Shown here: positions 21,824 through 33,508 of the stretch, in pieces
Numbering within the stretch: position 1 is the stretch's first letter
Layout: each line of letters starts with the position of its first letter
From: an uncultured Mogibacterium sp.
Lineage (GTDB): Bacteria > Bacillota > Clostridia > Peptostreptococcales > Anaerovoracaceae
NCBI GenBank assembly: GCA_916438865.1
Contig: CAKAFX010000002.1
Location: 188,552 to 252,551, forward strand
Direction of reading: 5' to 3'
DNA: 64,000 bases
Made by a program: the position numbers and the translations under genes
Notes under the pieces: generated by a model
Databases searched by the model: none
Told to the model about the DNA's origin: nothing
The model's input: only the letters and a program-made list of their open reading frames with translations

Positions 21824-22894
21824 TTAACCTCTTGCGTTTTTTGATCCGCGCACGTACATGAACCATGCACCGAACCAAATTCCTAGTGATATGAAGAGCA
21901 ATGCAGACCATGCTCTGGTTGCTAGCTGCGATGTTGCGACAAGACCATTCCCCATGAGACAACCCTTTGCCCAGACAGCACCTATACCCATTAGCACGCT
22001 GCCAAACACGGTCTTTAGCACAATCTTTTTATCTGTCTTAACTATCGAAAATTCCTTGCTAATTAGCGCGGTGATAAAAGATCCGAGTATAATCCCAACA
22101 ATCACCAAATTGTCCCAACCGACACCGTCGGTTCGCTTATAGACAACTCACCCGATAGGCTCAGAGTGAGTACCAGTAATCATGTTGAACCATGATAGCA
22201 CTGGGTCTGAGATAGAGATTCCGCCGTTTCTACCCGTCAGGTTACTGAAGTGAAAAGCAGCTGCGGCAACTATTCCAATTAGAATAACAGTTATCTCACG
22301 GCTCCAAATCTTCTCGCAGAACACATGGCGTATACCTGTGTATGACTGTGGTAGCTTATACTTAGGCTTGTGAGCCCTGTAGTGACGGAACATTATTATA
22401 TAGAGCACAATCAATATTGGTAAAAATATGAAGACTGGTGAAAAAGGCATATCGAATAGGTCGATGTCGTAAACCTCTTGAAGTCCCATGACCTTATGTG
22501 TAAATGGCTTGAAAATCCATTGGTTAGTAAAGTATTCAGTTGTTGCAAATACTACAAGCGATAGTATTCCGATTATACGTCCATCTCCAACTTTTACGAG
22601 TGTGCTCGTAACGCAGCCATTGGTGAGTACCGCTCCGATTCCGAAGATGAATCCCCCTATAGGAACTGCAACCATTGAATAGCAGCCGAAGTATGGTGAA
22701 GGAATTACAGTGCTTCCAACCATTATGTGATAAAAGAGTCCTTCAGTTGCGATTATCGCCAAGATTAGGACTGCATTATAGTATTTCTTCTCAAGGTAGA
22801 TATCTCGTATCGTTCCAGTAGGACAGAATCGTCCGCGCTTGAGTAGAAAGCCGAACAGCAATCCTATAAACAAACCAGATATATTAAATAACAA
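21824..22894 (-). CDS. YeeE/YedE-family sulfur-compound (thiosulfate) transporter (indel near 22140)
   Basis: GLLFG..RGRFCPTG, GGFIFGIG..NGCVTS, LMGIG..KGCLMGNG: three conserved Cys motifs. Confidence 0.9.
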
Positions 22895-23090
22895 AATAGC
22901 CTCCCATAATGTAGTAAAACCTAATTATATATTATATAAATTATACACAATCGTTTGCGCTGTTATAGATAATAGCAATGTAAATTAAATAAGTATAAAA
23001 AAATAATAATAAAAATACGTAGTATATACTTCTAATGTAAGCTCTACAAAATGCGGTAAATATTGTCAGTATTTACATGCATAGCGGTTA

Positions 23091-23119
23091 TTGACATAGT
23101 ATGTGTATGACTATATAAT
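23091..23119 (+). promoter_or_regulatory. Consensus sigma-A promoter of the marR-ABC operon
   Basis: TTGACA(23091)-17 bp-TATAAT(23114). Confidence 0.85.
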
Positions 23120-23163
23120 TACATAAGTTAATACTTAACGATGTTAAGTATTAACTTATGTAA
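23119..23163. promoter_or_regulatory. Perfect 21-bp-arm inverted repeat, probable MarR operator
   Basis: ttacataagttaatacttaac-gat-gttaagtattaacttatgtaa immediately after the -10 box. Confidence 0.75.
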
Positions 23164-23217
23164 ACAATATGTTGAACTTAAACTATTTTTGATAATAAAT
23201 CGAAAATGGAGAATTAG

Positions 23218-23718
23218 ATGAAAGAGTACCAATTGAATTTTCTTCACAAGATGCATAGCTTTCACAAGGTTAATTTCTGGAAGCTTGTACCAGAGCTTAA
23301 TCCAAGCGAGCACATGCTTATAAATGCATTGTTAAACTGTGAGTTCGGGAAGTGCACAAACTTTACAGAAGGATTTGATATTAATCTTAATGAAACTAAA
23401 GGTGTAAAGGTATCTGAATTAGCCAAATCTATTCGTGCTACTATGCCTGGAGTATCGAGGCTGCTATCAAGTCTCGAAGATAAGGGGATTATTGAGAGGC
23501 GAATTGATCCTAGTGATAGAAGAAATACGCTAGTTTTTATTACAAAAGATGGGGCAGATAAGATAAAGGGATATAAGCAAACACTTGATACATATTTAGA
23601 TGTAGTGTTCGAAAGATTTGGCGAGGAGAATGTAGCAAAGATTATGGAATTGATGTCACAGATATCAGAAATCGCTGAAGAAGAGCTTAACGTTGCACTA
23701 TCGAAAACAGACATATAA
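23218..23718 (+). CDS. MarR-family regulator
   Basis: VSELA..VSRLLSSLEDKGIIER..DRR..ITKDG winged helix. Confidence 0.92.
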   Translation: MKEYQLNFLHKMHSFHKVNFWKLVPELNPSEHMLINALLNCEFGKCTNFTEGFDINLNETKGVKVSELAKSIRATMPGVSRLLSSLEDKGIIERRIDPSDRRNTLVFITKDGADKIKGYKQTLDTYLDVVFERFGEENVAKIMELMSQISEIAEEELNVALSKTDI

Positions 23719-23759
23719 CAGACATCTAATAGTGGAAGAAAGGAAATGAAAGATAGCAG

Positions 23760-26065
23760 ATGACAAAGCTTTTTTAAAAATTTAAAGCCATATAAACTAT
23801 CTATAGTTATACTCCTTGCTGTGCTTGTAGTTCAGGCTTTTTGGAGATATTTCGATACCTAGCTATATGCAGAAGTTGATTGACACGGGCATTCAGAATA
23901 AGGGAATTGAGCATATATTGCCTAGCAAGGTCACTCCGGATGAGTATAACGGGGTCCAGATATTCATGGCCGATAATGAGAAAGAACTCTGGACGTCTTC
24001 GTACAAGAAGACGGGAGATAATTATACCCTTATGATTAAGGATGAGAAGAAACTTGAGAAACTTGATAATAAACTGCTGAAGCCAATCGTACTGAGTTAT
24101 CAGCTCGGACACATGACTGTTAAGCAGTTTAAGAATACTGTCAAGGAGCAACTAACTTCGAGGGCAGAGACAGAAGCGCTTGCTGACCGCATAGACGATA
24201 TGTCGGTTTCCGAGATTGCAGCTCTCATGAATGCAGATATCAAGTCGTTTAAAGCGAAGGATCAGAATGGCAAGGTGCATACTTACGTCGATATGCGCCC
24301 AATGATTCAGGCAAGAATAGTCAGCGGTCAGATGGATGAAGCAACAATCAGTAAGCCTAAGGAAGAGATGGATAAGACGATCTCTTCAGTGGGTGATAAG
24401 ACACTAAAGTCGATGGGTATTGCTTATGCGACGAGTGCGGCTAAATCGGCTGGGGTGAATATAGACAAAGTTCAGAAATCGTACCTATGGAACACCGCGT
24501 TTAAGATGATGCTTGTTACACTGCTGATGATTGCTGCTGCAGTAATCGCATCATACATATCTTCCAAGGTCGGAGCAAAGATAGGTATGACACTTAGAAA
24601 AGAAGTATTTGAGAAAGTCATGAGCTTCTCGAATGCTGAGATGGACCGTTTTCAGACTTCGTCTCTGATTACTAGGGCGACTAATGATGTCCAGCAGGTT
24701 CAGACTACCCTGACCATAATGCTTCGCATGGTTCTCTATGCGCCAGTGCTTGCAGGCTGGGGTATCTTTAAGGTGGTTCAGACGGGTGCTCATATGAGCT
24801 ATGTCATTGCATTAGGGGTATTAGCAGTAGTAATTCTTGTCGTAATTCTGATGGTTATCGCGCTGCCAAAATTTCGCATCATGCAGGATCTCGTGGACTC
24901 TCTAAATAGCGTTTCACGCTCGATACTCACCGGCATTTCGGTAATTCGTGCATTTGGCAGAGAGAGTTCGGCAGAGAAGCGTTTTGACAAGGCAAACAAA
25001 GAACTTAAGAATACACAGATATTTACTAATAGAGTTATGACATTTATGCAGCCTCTACTGATGTTACTGATGAATTTCCTTGGAGTGGCTATAGTGTGGG
25101 TGGCTTCGCACAGAATTGGTACTGGGGATATGCAGGTCGGATCTATGACAGCATTTCTAACGTACTCGATGATGATTGTAATGTCATTCATGATTCTGAC
25201 AGTAATGTCGATTCTGATACCAAGAGCTGGAGTAGCTGCCAACCGAATTGATGAGGTTATCATGTCGGAATCTTCAGTGCTCGATAGTGCAAATGCAATC
25301 GAGATTAAAGGAAGTACTGGTAGGCTCGAATTTGATAACGTCTCATTTAGATATGCAAATGCTGAAGAGGACGTAATATCAGACATATCGTTCATTGCTG
25401 AGCCTGGTGAAACTACAGCGATTATCGGTAGTACAGGAGCGGGTAAGAGTACGATAGTCAATCTGATTCCTAGATTCTTTGATGTAACAGCTGGAAGCAT
25501 CAAGCTGGATGGTGTTGATATAAGAGATATAAGTATGAAATCGCTTAGGGAGCAGATAGGATTCGTGCCTCAGAAGGGCGTGCTGTTCTCAGGAACGATT
25601 GATTCAAATATAAGATTTGGAAATGAAGATGCTACACATGAAGAGGTGCGCAAGGCTGCTGAAATCGCGCAGGCGCTCGAGTTTATTGAGGAGAAAGAAG
25701 ATAAATTTGAAAGCAATATCGCTCAGGGTGGTTCTAATGTATCGGGTGGACAGAAGCAGAGACTTTCGATAGCGAGAGTGATTGCCAAGAATCCTAAGAT
25801 TATGGTGTTTGACGATAGCTTCTCAGCCTTAGATATGAAGACTGATGCAAAGCTCAGGAGAGTGCTAGCAAAATACGAAAAAGATGCGACTAAAATAATC
25901 GTTGCCCAACGCGTTGGAACGATTATGGATGCTGAGCAAATTATAGTGCTTGACGACGGTAAAATCGTCGGAAAGGGTAGGCATAGAAATCTTCTCAAGA
26001 CTTGCGAAGTGTATAGACAGATAGCTGAGTCTCAGTTGTCTAAGAATGAATTGGAGGTGGAATAA
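23760..26065 (+). CDS. ABC exporter, fused permease/ATPase subunit 1 (indels at 5' end)
   Basis: TM domain, GSTGAGKS, VSGGQKQR, degenerate FDDSFSALD. Confidence 0.93.
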
Positions 26066-27921
26066 TGACAGACGATAAGAATAAGAAACCAGCTCCAGCG
26101 AAACAGCAAGGCCATGGATCAGGAATAGGGGCATCTGCCGAGAAACCAAAAAGTTTCGGTAAGTCGATGAAGCAGATATTGAGGTATAGCGGAAATTATA
26201 AATATGCATTTATAGTGGTGATACTCTTTGCGATTGCGGGTACTGTATTTCAGGTAGTTGGACCGAAAGTAATGGGGCGTGCGACTACTGTGCTCGCAAA
26301 AGGATTAATGTACAAGATTAAAGGTACAGGAACTATTGATTTTACTGCTATTGGTAAGATTCTGGTTCTTACAGTTGTCCTCTATGCACTTAGTGCCATA
26401 TTCAGCTTCATTGAAGGCTGGATTATGACTGGTATAACGCAGAAAATAGTTTACAAGATGCGTCGTGATATCTCTGAGAAGATAAATCGCATGCCGATGA
26501 AGTATTTCGAGAGCCACCAATATGGCGATATACTATCTAGAATTACGAATGACGTCGATACTCTCGGAACGGGGCTGAATCAGAGCATAACCACAATTAT
26601 TACATCTGTAGCCACTATCATTGGCGTCATAGTCATGATGCTAACCATATCGCCACTTATGACTTTGATTGCTATTATCACAATTCCAATTTCTATCGTG
26701 CTACTCGGCTTCATCATCAAGGTGTCGCAGAAATATTTTAAAACACAGCAGGAATACCTCGGAAATATCAACGGGCAGATAGAAGAAAATTTTGCAGGAC
26801 AGCTGGTAATCAAGGCGTTTAACAAAGAAGAATCGATAGAGAAGAACTTCAGCGAAACGAATAAAGTTCTCTATGAGTCCGCTTGGAAGTCGCAGTTTAT
26901 ATCAGGCGTAATGCAGCCAGTTATGATGTTCGTAGGAAACCTTGGATACGCTGGCGTAGCGATATCTGGTGCAATGCTGGCTATCAAGAATGTGATAGGA
27001 ATAGGAGATATACAGGCATTTATCCAGTATGTTCGCACGCTGACTCAGCCACTATCACAGGTCGCTCAGGTTATGAACCAGGTGCAGTCTATGGGTGCTG
27101 CGGGAGAGCGAGTATTTGAGTTCTTAGCCGAAGAGGAGGAGTCTAGAGATCCAGAGGATAGCGTAGCTCAAGATGATGTACAAGGATTTGTTGAATTTGA
27201 ACATGTACAATTCGGATATGATCCAGAGCAGATTATCATCAATGATTTTAGTGCGAACGTTAAACCAGGTCAGAAGATAGCTATAGTTGGACCAACTGGT
27301 GCAGGCAAGACGACTATCGTCAAGCTGCTTATGCGCTTCTACGATGTAAATGCAGGTGCGATTAGAATTGACGGTGTAGATATCCGCAGTATGAGCCGTC
27401 ATGGGCTTAGGAACAATATCGCCATGGTACTTCAGGACACATGGCTATACTCCGATACGATTATGGAAAACATAAGATACGGAAATCAGGATGCTACAGA
27501 CGAGGAGGTTGTTGCGGCGGCCAAAGCGGCAAGAGCAGATCGATTTATCAAGACGTTGCCTGCTGGATATGACATGGTTCTAAACGAAGATGCGACCAAT
27601 ATTTCCGAAGGGCAGAAGCAGCTCCTTACAATTGCGAGAGCAATCTTGGCAGACCGCAAGCTGTTAATTCTCGACGAGGCGACTTCATCGGTAGACACGA
27701 GAACAGAGGCAAGAATTCAAGAGGCTATGGATAATCTGATGAAGGGCCGCACGACATTTGTAATCGCTCATAGATTATCGACTATCAGAGATGCTGATCT
27801 TATACTCGTGATGAATCACGGTGATATAATAGAGCAAGGAACTCACGATGAACTGCTCGCACAAGGCGGTGCATATGCTGATTTGTATAATTCTCAGTTT
27901 GACGAAGTGGAGGCATCATAA
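26065..27921 (+). CDS. ABC exporter, fused permease/ATPase subunit 2
   Basis: GPTGAGKT, ISEGQKQL, LDEATSSVD, IAHRL. Confidence 0.95.
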   Translation: MTDDKNKKPAPAKQQGHGSGIGASAEKPKSFGKSMKQILRYSGNYKYAFIVVILFAIAGTVFQVVGPKVMGRATTVLAKGLMYKIKGTGTIDFTAIGKILVLTVVLYALSAIFSFIEGWIMTGITQKIVYKMRRDISEKINRMPMKYFESHQYGDILSRITNDVDTLGTGLNQSITTIITSVATIIGVIVMMLTISPLMTLIAIITIPISIVLLGFIIKVSQKYFKTQQEYLGNINGQIEENFAGQLVIKAFNKEESIEKNFSETNKVLYESAWKSQFISGVMQPVMMFVGNLGYAGVAISGAMLAIKNVIGIGDIQAFIQYVRTLTQPLSQVAQVMNQVQSMGAAGERVFEFLAEEEESRDPEDSVAQDDVQGFVEFEHVQFGYDPEQIIINDFSANVKPGQKIAIVGPTGAGKTTIVKLLMRFYDVNAGAIRIDGVDIRSMSRHGLRNNIAMVLQDTWLYSDTIMENIRYGNQDATDEEVVAAAKAARADRFIKTLPAGYDMVLNEDATNISEGQKQLLTIARAILADRKLLILDEATSSVDTRTEARIQEAMDNLMKGRTTFVIAHRLSTIRDADLILVMNHGDIIEQGTHDELLAQGGAYADLYNSQFDEVEAS

Positions 27922-28406
27922 TGAGCAAGGCAAGACTTAGCACACTATGCTATATCGAACAAGATGATAAGTACCTAATGCTTCATCGCATTATCAAGGA
28001 AAATGATATCAACCACAACAAATGGATCGGTGTAGGTGGTCATTTCGAGGATATAGAGAGTCCTGATGATTGTCTGATACGTGAAGTTCGCGAAGAGACA
28101 GGTTATACGCTTACCGAGTACAAGTTTCGTGGGATAGTCACCTTTATATATGGAAGTGGTGAAAAAGAGATGATCGAGTACATGCATCTCTTTACGGCGA
28201 CAGGATTTGAAGGAGAGGCAGTACCTTGCAATGAAGGTGTTCTGGAGTGGGTGCCTAAGGATAAGCTATTAGAACTAGAACTCTGGGAAGGAGATAAGAT
28301 ATTTCTCAGGCTGCTCAATGAGCGAGAAGAGTTTTTCTCGCTTAAGCTAGTGTATAACGAAAAGGATGAACTGATAGAAGCGGTCCTTGATGGGAAGGCG
28401 CTATAA
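27921..28406 (+). CDS. NUDIX hydrolase, MutX/8-oxo-dGTPase-like
   Basis: KWIGVGGHFE..ESP..C..REVREETG Nudix box; CNEGVLEW, LWEGD. Confidence 0.88.
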   Translation: MSKARLSTLCYIEQDDKYLMLHRIIKENDINHNKWIGVGGHFEDIESPDDCLIREVREETGYTLTEYKFRGIVTFIYGSGEKEMIEYMHLFTATGFEGEAVPCNEGVLEWVPKDKLLELELWEGDKIFLRLLNEREEFFSLKLVYNEKDELIEAVLDGKAL

Positions 28407-28425
28407 AAGTTAATACAAACAATAA

Positions 28426-28465
28426 AAGACCTAGGAGCTGGAATTTTCCAAATCCTAGGTCTTAG
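28426..28465. terminator. Terminator between convergent genes
   Basis: aagacctagga...tcctaggtctt inverted repeat. Confidence 0.65.
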
Positions 28466-28495
28466 ATTATCTATTCTTGATTGCGCTAAGCTAGG

Positions 28496-29362
28496 TTAGA
28501 TTCTAATCTTAGCGATGTAGTGTGCATTTGCAGGAAGCTGAAGTTCCCTACCAGTTTCCTCAAAGCTCCACATCTTAACGCCAGCTCTTACTGAATCGAG
28601 AACTGCGTAGAAGTTGAACATAGCAATACCATAGTTGAGAAGCTGGTCCTCAGCAGTTGTCATATCATCATCTAGTCCGATTAGCGATACAATATCATCA
28701 TCAACGATTACTCTGTATGGCTGACGGTTGAAGAATGACTGTGCAACAGCGATTGACAGTAGCGCATCTTCTAGCTCAGTGTATAGAAGCTCCATGTTAA
28801 CTGGCTCTCCATACACCTTGTAAGATAGAAGGTCCTGCATGCTGATCTTTGGTGCAACCTTCTTCTCGCAAGAAACCATTGTAACGTTGGATGGGCTCTT
28901 GATATCGAGACGAACGTCCTTCTTAGCCTTGTTGCCGTGTCCGAATGCGATAAAAACTGCAAGAGTCTTGTCAGTATCTATACCGAGTGCTTCCTTAGCA
29001 GCCTCAGCGTCGTTGATCGTTAGCCAGCAAGCGTCAAATCCTAGCTGTGTTAGCTTAAGGGTTAGGCCCTGTGCGATAAATCCAGCATTCTCTAGATAGT
29101 GAGGTGCTTCCTCGGAGTAGAGTGCTAGGTAGTTTGGTGCCTTAACTGTGAAGCCGTTATATCCTACGCTACTTCCAAGAAAATCAACTACTTCACCATT
29201 TAAGAAGTGAATTTCTGTAGCAATTTCAGGAACCAGTCTAGGAACTACTTCGTTGTAAGCTTTGATTTCCTCAACTGAAGTAGCGTCAACTACTGTATCT
29301 GCGAAATCGCGGCACGACTGGCGGCGAGAAACAATTTCATCATAATATCTTAGGTATTCCAT
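28496..29362 (-). CDS. Nitroreductase-family protein
   Basis: RRQSCRDF, L.LTQLGFDACW, AFG, AQSFFNRQPY. Confidence 0.8.
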   Translation of the reverse strand: MEYLRYYDEIVSRRQSCRDFADTVVDATSVEEIKAYNEVVPRLVPEIATEIHFLNGEVVDFLGSSVGYNGFTVKAPNYLALYSEEAPHYLENAGFIAQGLTLKLTQLGFDACWLTINDAEAAKEALGIDTDKTLAVFIAFGHGNKAKKDVRLDIKSPSNVTMVSCEKKVAPKISMQDLLSYKVYGEPVNMELLYTELEDALLSIAVAQSFFNRQPYRVIVDDDIVSLIGLDDDMTTAEDQLLNYGIAMFNFYAVLDSVRAGVKMWSFEETGRELQLPANAHYIAKIRI

Positions 29363-29452
29363 AAAGTTCTCCTTTCAAGTCCATACATAGATTAATAATA
29401 TCAATTTTTGCACAATTAGTACAAGACGGATAATGCATATATTTCTTAAATA

Positions 29453-30426
29453 CTATAAAAAAACAATAGCACGTACTGGACACACGGGCGCACAGTAGCC
29501 GCAGCGCACACATTTTTTTCGACGCTGATTTCTGCTAATCCGTTGTCATTCCAAAAAATCGCTTCACTCACGCAGCGAGCTTTACATGTTCCGCAGCCCT
29601 CGCAGTCGCTTTGGTCAACCATCATGCGCTTCTTGCTTATATCTGGTCTGTAGTCACGTTCGAGCTTACCTTCGAAGTACTTGACCGCAGTATCGACTTC
29701 TTCAGAGCACCCCATCCCAAGCATCACAGCATCAACGCCCTCTAGTGATGTGACATAATCCAGGCATTCCACATAGTCTTCGATTATGTTTCCACCGCCA
29801 AAGGCTTTCATGGTGAACACACCGAGTCCTCGTTCTGAGCAAAGATTTATCGCATCTTCCATACCATCACGTGTGCCTGGTCCTTCGCCGTCTCGTATAC
29901 CCATTCCAGCTTTATTGATCAGTGGAAATACTACATCGCATGACTCAAGCTCTATGGCCGCACGGCAAGCATCTACGTGATGTGTTGATATACCAATCGA
30001 CCTGATTAGCCCAGCCTTTTTCTTATCCTGAAGAGCTGTCCAAGCCTCGCGTCGCTCTTCTAGATCTGAGATTCCTCTCACTTCGTGAAGCAGGAATATG
30101 TCAATCTGCTCGAGTCCAAGTTGTTCGAGACATTCATCAACTGCCGCGGCTGCACCCTCGTAGTCAGTCTCTAGGGTCTTGCTACAGACGATAGGCGTCT
30201 CAAGAGTTTTGTCTGATTTTTATTGTATCCAGTGCAGGTTTAAGGTATCTATAAGTGTCGTAATACTGAGCTGTATCAAGAAAGTTAATCCCGCTTTTTA
30301 CCGCATGCACGATGATGCGAGCCCCTTCTTCAACCGAAAGGTTTTTTGCGAAAAACCCATGGTGAGCGTTCCCATACCGACCGCTGAAACCTCTATACCC
30401 GATAATCCTAATCTAATTCTTTTCAT
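29453..30426 (-). CDS. Aldo/keto reductase with C-terminal 2x[4Fe-4S] domain (split)
   Basis: GMGTLT, LDTAQYY, IDIFLLH, IGISTH, MKAFGGG, CEGCGTC..C and CVRCGYC..C. Confidence 0.88.
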
Positions 30427-30524
30427 ATCATAATTTTTAACACGCAATTAATGTATAATACACATTAAGTTTAGGATGAAGTAGTGTGGTCTTTTTGATG
30501 AGACCCGCGTAACAGAGGAGACAG

Positions 30525-32852
30525 ATGTCACTAAGAGGGTATAATTTACAGTTTTTGAAAAAAGATATTCCTGCTGGAATCATCGTCGCACTAGTTTCTA
30601 TTCCGATTTCTATCGGGTACGCACTCGTTGCGGGGCTTCCACCGATTTATGGACTATATGGTTCACTGCTACCTATATTGGTATACGGACTTATCACTAG
30701 CTCACCTAGGTTCGTCTTTGGTGTCGATGCTGCACCTGCGGCGTTAGTTGGTGGGATGCTTTACTCTATGGGCATCGCTTATCAATCGGAAGAGGCGGTG
30801 CGAATCATCCCTGTGATTACACTCTTTACGGCAGCGTGGATACTGATTGCTCGCATAGTCGGTCTAGGCAGATTGGTGAAGTTCATCTCGTCACCAGTTA
30901 TGGGTGGATTTATAACTGGTATATGCTGCACGATTATACTGATGCAGATTCCAAAGCTTTATGGAGGTGACTCGGGAAGAGGAGAGCTGCACGAACTTCT
31001 TATGCACATTTATAAATCTGCTGGTGCGGGAATTCATATCCCGTCGCTGATTTTTGGGTATTGGGACTATTGTCATAATTTTTAGGATCCAAGAAATTAA
31101 TCCCCGCTGTTCCGATGAGTGCTGTAATGATGTTCGTAGGAGCAGGACTCACCTATATGATGGATTTAGAGAGATATGGGGTTAAGCTTCTTCCAGAGAT
31201 AAAGTCAGGGCTGCCAGCATTAGTAATACCAGATGTTACGCTAGCTTACGGAAATGTTAGAACGATGATGCTACAGACGCTTGTCATCGCTATTGTTATC
31301 ATCTCTGAAACACTGCTGGCGACCAATAATTTTGCACTTAAGTATGACGATAAGATAGACAACAACAGGGAGATTCTTGCTTATGCGATGAGCAATCTCG
31401 CAGGCGGACTCGTTGGCTGCTGTCCTGCAAATGGAAGTATTTCGAGAAGTAATATTGCCGACCAGTTCGGAGTGAAATCTCAGGTGATGTCGATATCTGC
31501 GGCAGCAACTATGATGATAATACTGCTCTTTGGTACGGATTTTATACACATGCTACCAGTCCCAGTGCTAACAGCGATAGTAATTTCCGCACTCGTGAGC
31601 AGTACGGAGTTTGACCTGGCTGCTAAGCTCCGCAAGGTTGACAGAACTGAGTGGAAGATATTCTATGTGGTTATGTTCGCAGTTCTGATTCTAGGAACTA
31701 TCTACGGTGTACTGTTCGGAATTATCCTGTCCTTTGTGACGGTAATAATCAGAGCATCGAATCCTCCGAGAAGCAGACTAGGGTACATTCCTGAAAAAGA
31801 TCAGTTCTATCCTATCGATAGAACTACGGGCACTCGTGAAATTAAGGGTGCTTTGATATATCGATTTGGCGGAGCGCTGTTCTTTGCTAATGCAAATACT
31901 ATCAAAGATGAAATTGATGGTCTCGTAACTGACGATATGAAAGCTGTTATCATTGAAGCTAGTGGTATCACAAGCATTGATGTTACAGCGGTAGAGCGCT
32001 TGATGATACTTTATAACAAGTATAAAGAACGAGGAATTAAGTTATTTATGACTGAGCACTCCGGTAACCTCAACGATCAGCTTCGTGCGTTTGGAGCAGA
32101 CCAGATGTTTAAGGACTACGCTATAGTGCCACACATATATCAGGCTCTTAAATCCGTAGGGATAACTAAGCCGTATGAACTCGGTGACTGCGAAGACGAT
32201 GTATGCTACATCCCTATCAGCGGTTCTGCTGGCAGATCGCAGATTGCGGAGTTTGAATGGGCGTATGGAGACCAGGCGGGAGCTAGGATGGAAGAGGTTG
32301 CAAATTCGCTTGCGGATAAGCTAATCAGCCTTGAAGAAGTCGATGAAGATATGATCCGTGAAGCGGAGCTAAATGCACTTGGCAGCAACTGGAGCGAAAT
32401 TGATGAAGAGAAATTCCTTGACTTCCTTGAGTTTCAGCTTGCGCATCTTCTTGAGCTTGGGAAGATTGAACTCGATAAATTCCAGCGCGTGCGTGAGAAG
32501 ATTTTTGCTATATCATGCAAAGCTTGACTCCAAGATTAACGATAGAAATTCCGATGAACTGGATGAGATTATCAGGACGAGAATGATTCGTGAAGAGCAG
32601 TTTAAGAACAGATTCCCAGATGCGTATGAAGCATTTGCGGAGGAAAGAGCTCGCCACAGAGAGATTATCAAGCAAAACTACCCAGAACTCTGGGAGAGAA
32701 TCATGAAGGTTCGTAAAGAAGGTGCGGATAAAGATAAGCTTCGCGAGAAACTGCACGATAAGCATCTGCTTCCAGGCTTAAATGAACTTGAGCATCTCGT
32801 GGATGGTGTTAAAGAGTATTTTCACCGCAAAAAAATAGTAAGATGTAAATAG
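30525..32852 (+). CDS. SulP-family anion transporter with STAS domain and long C-terminal extension (split)
   Basis: GYALVAGLPPIYGLY, NGSISRS, LFFANA, ITSIDVTA. Confidence 0.9.
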
Positions 32853-32867
32853 AAAGGTAAATTCATT

Positions 32868-33476
32868 ATGCGACTATATATTCTAAGACACGGCCAGACC
32901 AATCTTAACAGCGAAAAGCGCTTTCAAGGGCGCATGCAGACTGAACTTAACGATGTTGGAATCGCTCAGTCTGAGAAGGTTTCTGAGCTACTTAGTGAGC
33001 GTGGCATAAAGTTCGATAAAATATACTGTAGTCCGCTTGAGAGGGCGATTAAGACTGGAGAAATCGCAACTGGGATGACTCGAGATAAGTTCATAATAGA
33101 TGAGGATCTAACTGAGATTGACTTCGGGATAAACGAAGGGCGAAAGTACGATGAACTACAGGGAGAAACGGGGAATATTTTTCTGTCGCCAGAGTCATAC
33201 CTGCCGCCAGAAGGTGGTGAATCGCTCGAGATGCTAAAGTTTCGTATTAAGCGTTTTCTCAAAAGGATTAGAGAAGAGAACAGCGAGGGCAATATTCTGG
33301 CTGTAACCCATGGAACTGCAATTCACATGATGCTTATCTATATGAGAGATATGGAGCTTCATGACCTATGGGCTGAGCGTGTCGGCAACTGTAACGTTAC
33401 TGTTGTTGATATTCAAGGTTCTGAGTTAGCAATCAGGGATGATTTACAGATTGAAACTGACAAACTTATAAAATAA
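32868..33476 (+). CDS. Histidine phosphatase (phosphoglycerate mutase family)
   Basis: LRHGQT, SPLERA, GGES, VTHG. Confidence 0.92.
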   Translation: MRLYILRHGQTNLNSEKRFQGRMQTELNDVGIAQSEKVSELLSERGIKFDKIYCSPLERAIKTGEIATGMTRDKFIIDEDLTEIDFGINEGRKYDELQGETGNIFLSPESYLPPEGGESLEMLKFRIKRFLKRIREENSEGNILAVTHGTAIHMMLIYMRDMELHDLWAERVGNCNVTVVDIQGSELAIRDDLQIETDKLIK

Positions 33477-33508
33477 GAAATTATATATTGACATAGAGGA
33501 GGTAATGG

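Noticed and set aside
18371..22894. Selenocysteine read-through in the redox/sulfur genes
   Set aside because: The catalytic positions I read (CGYC, CLEC, CPLP, YeeE Cys motifs) are ordinary Cys codons.
24799..25503. 234-aa minus-strand ORF and similar antisense ORFs inside long genes
   Set aside because: Shadow frames of well-supported + strand genes, with no motifs.
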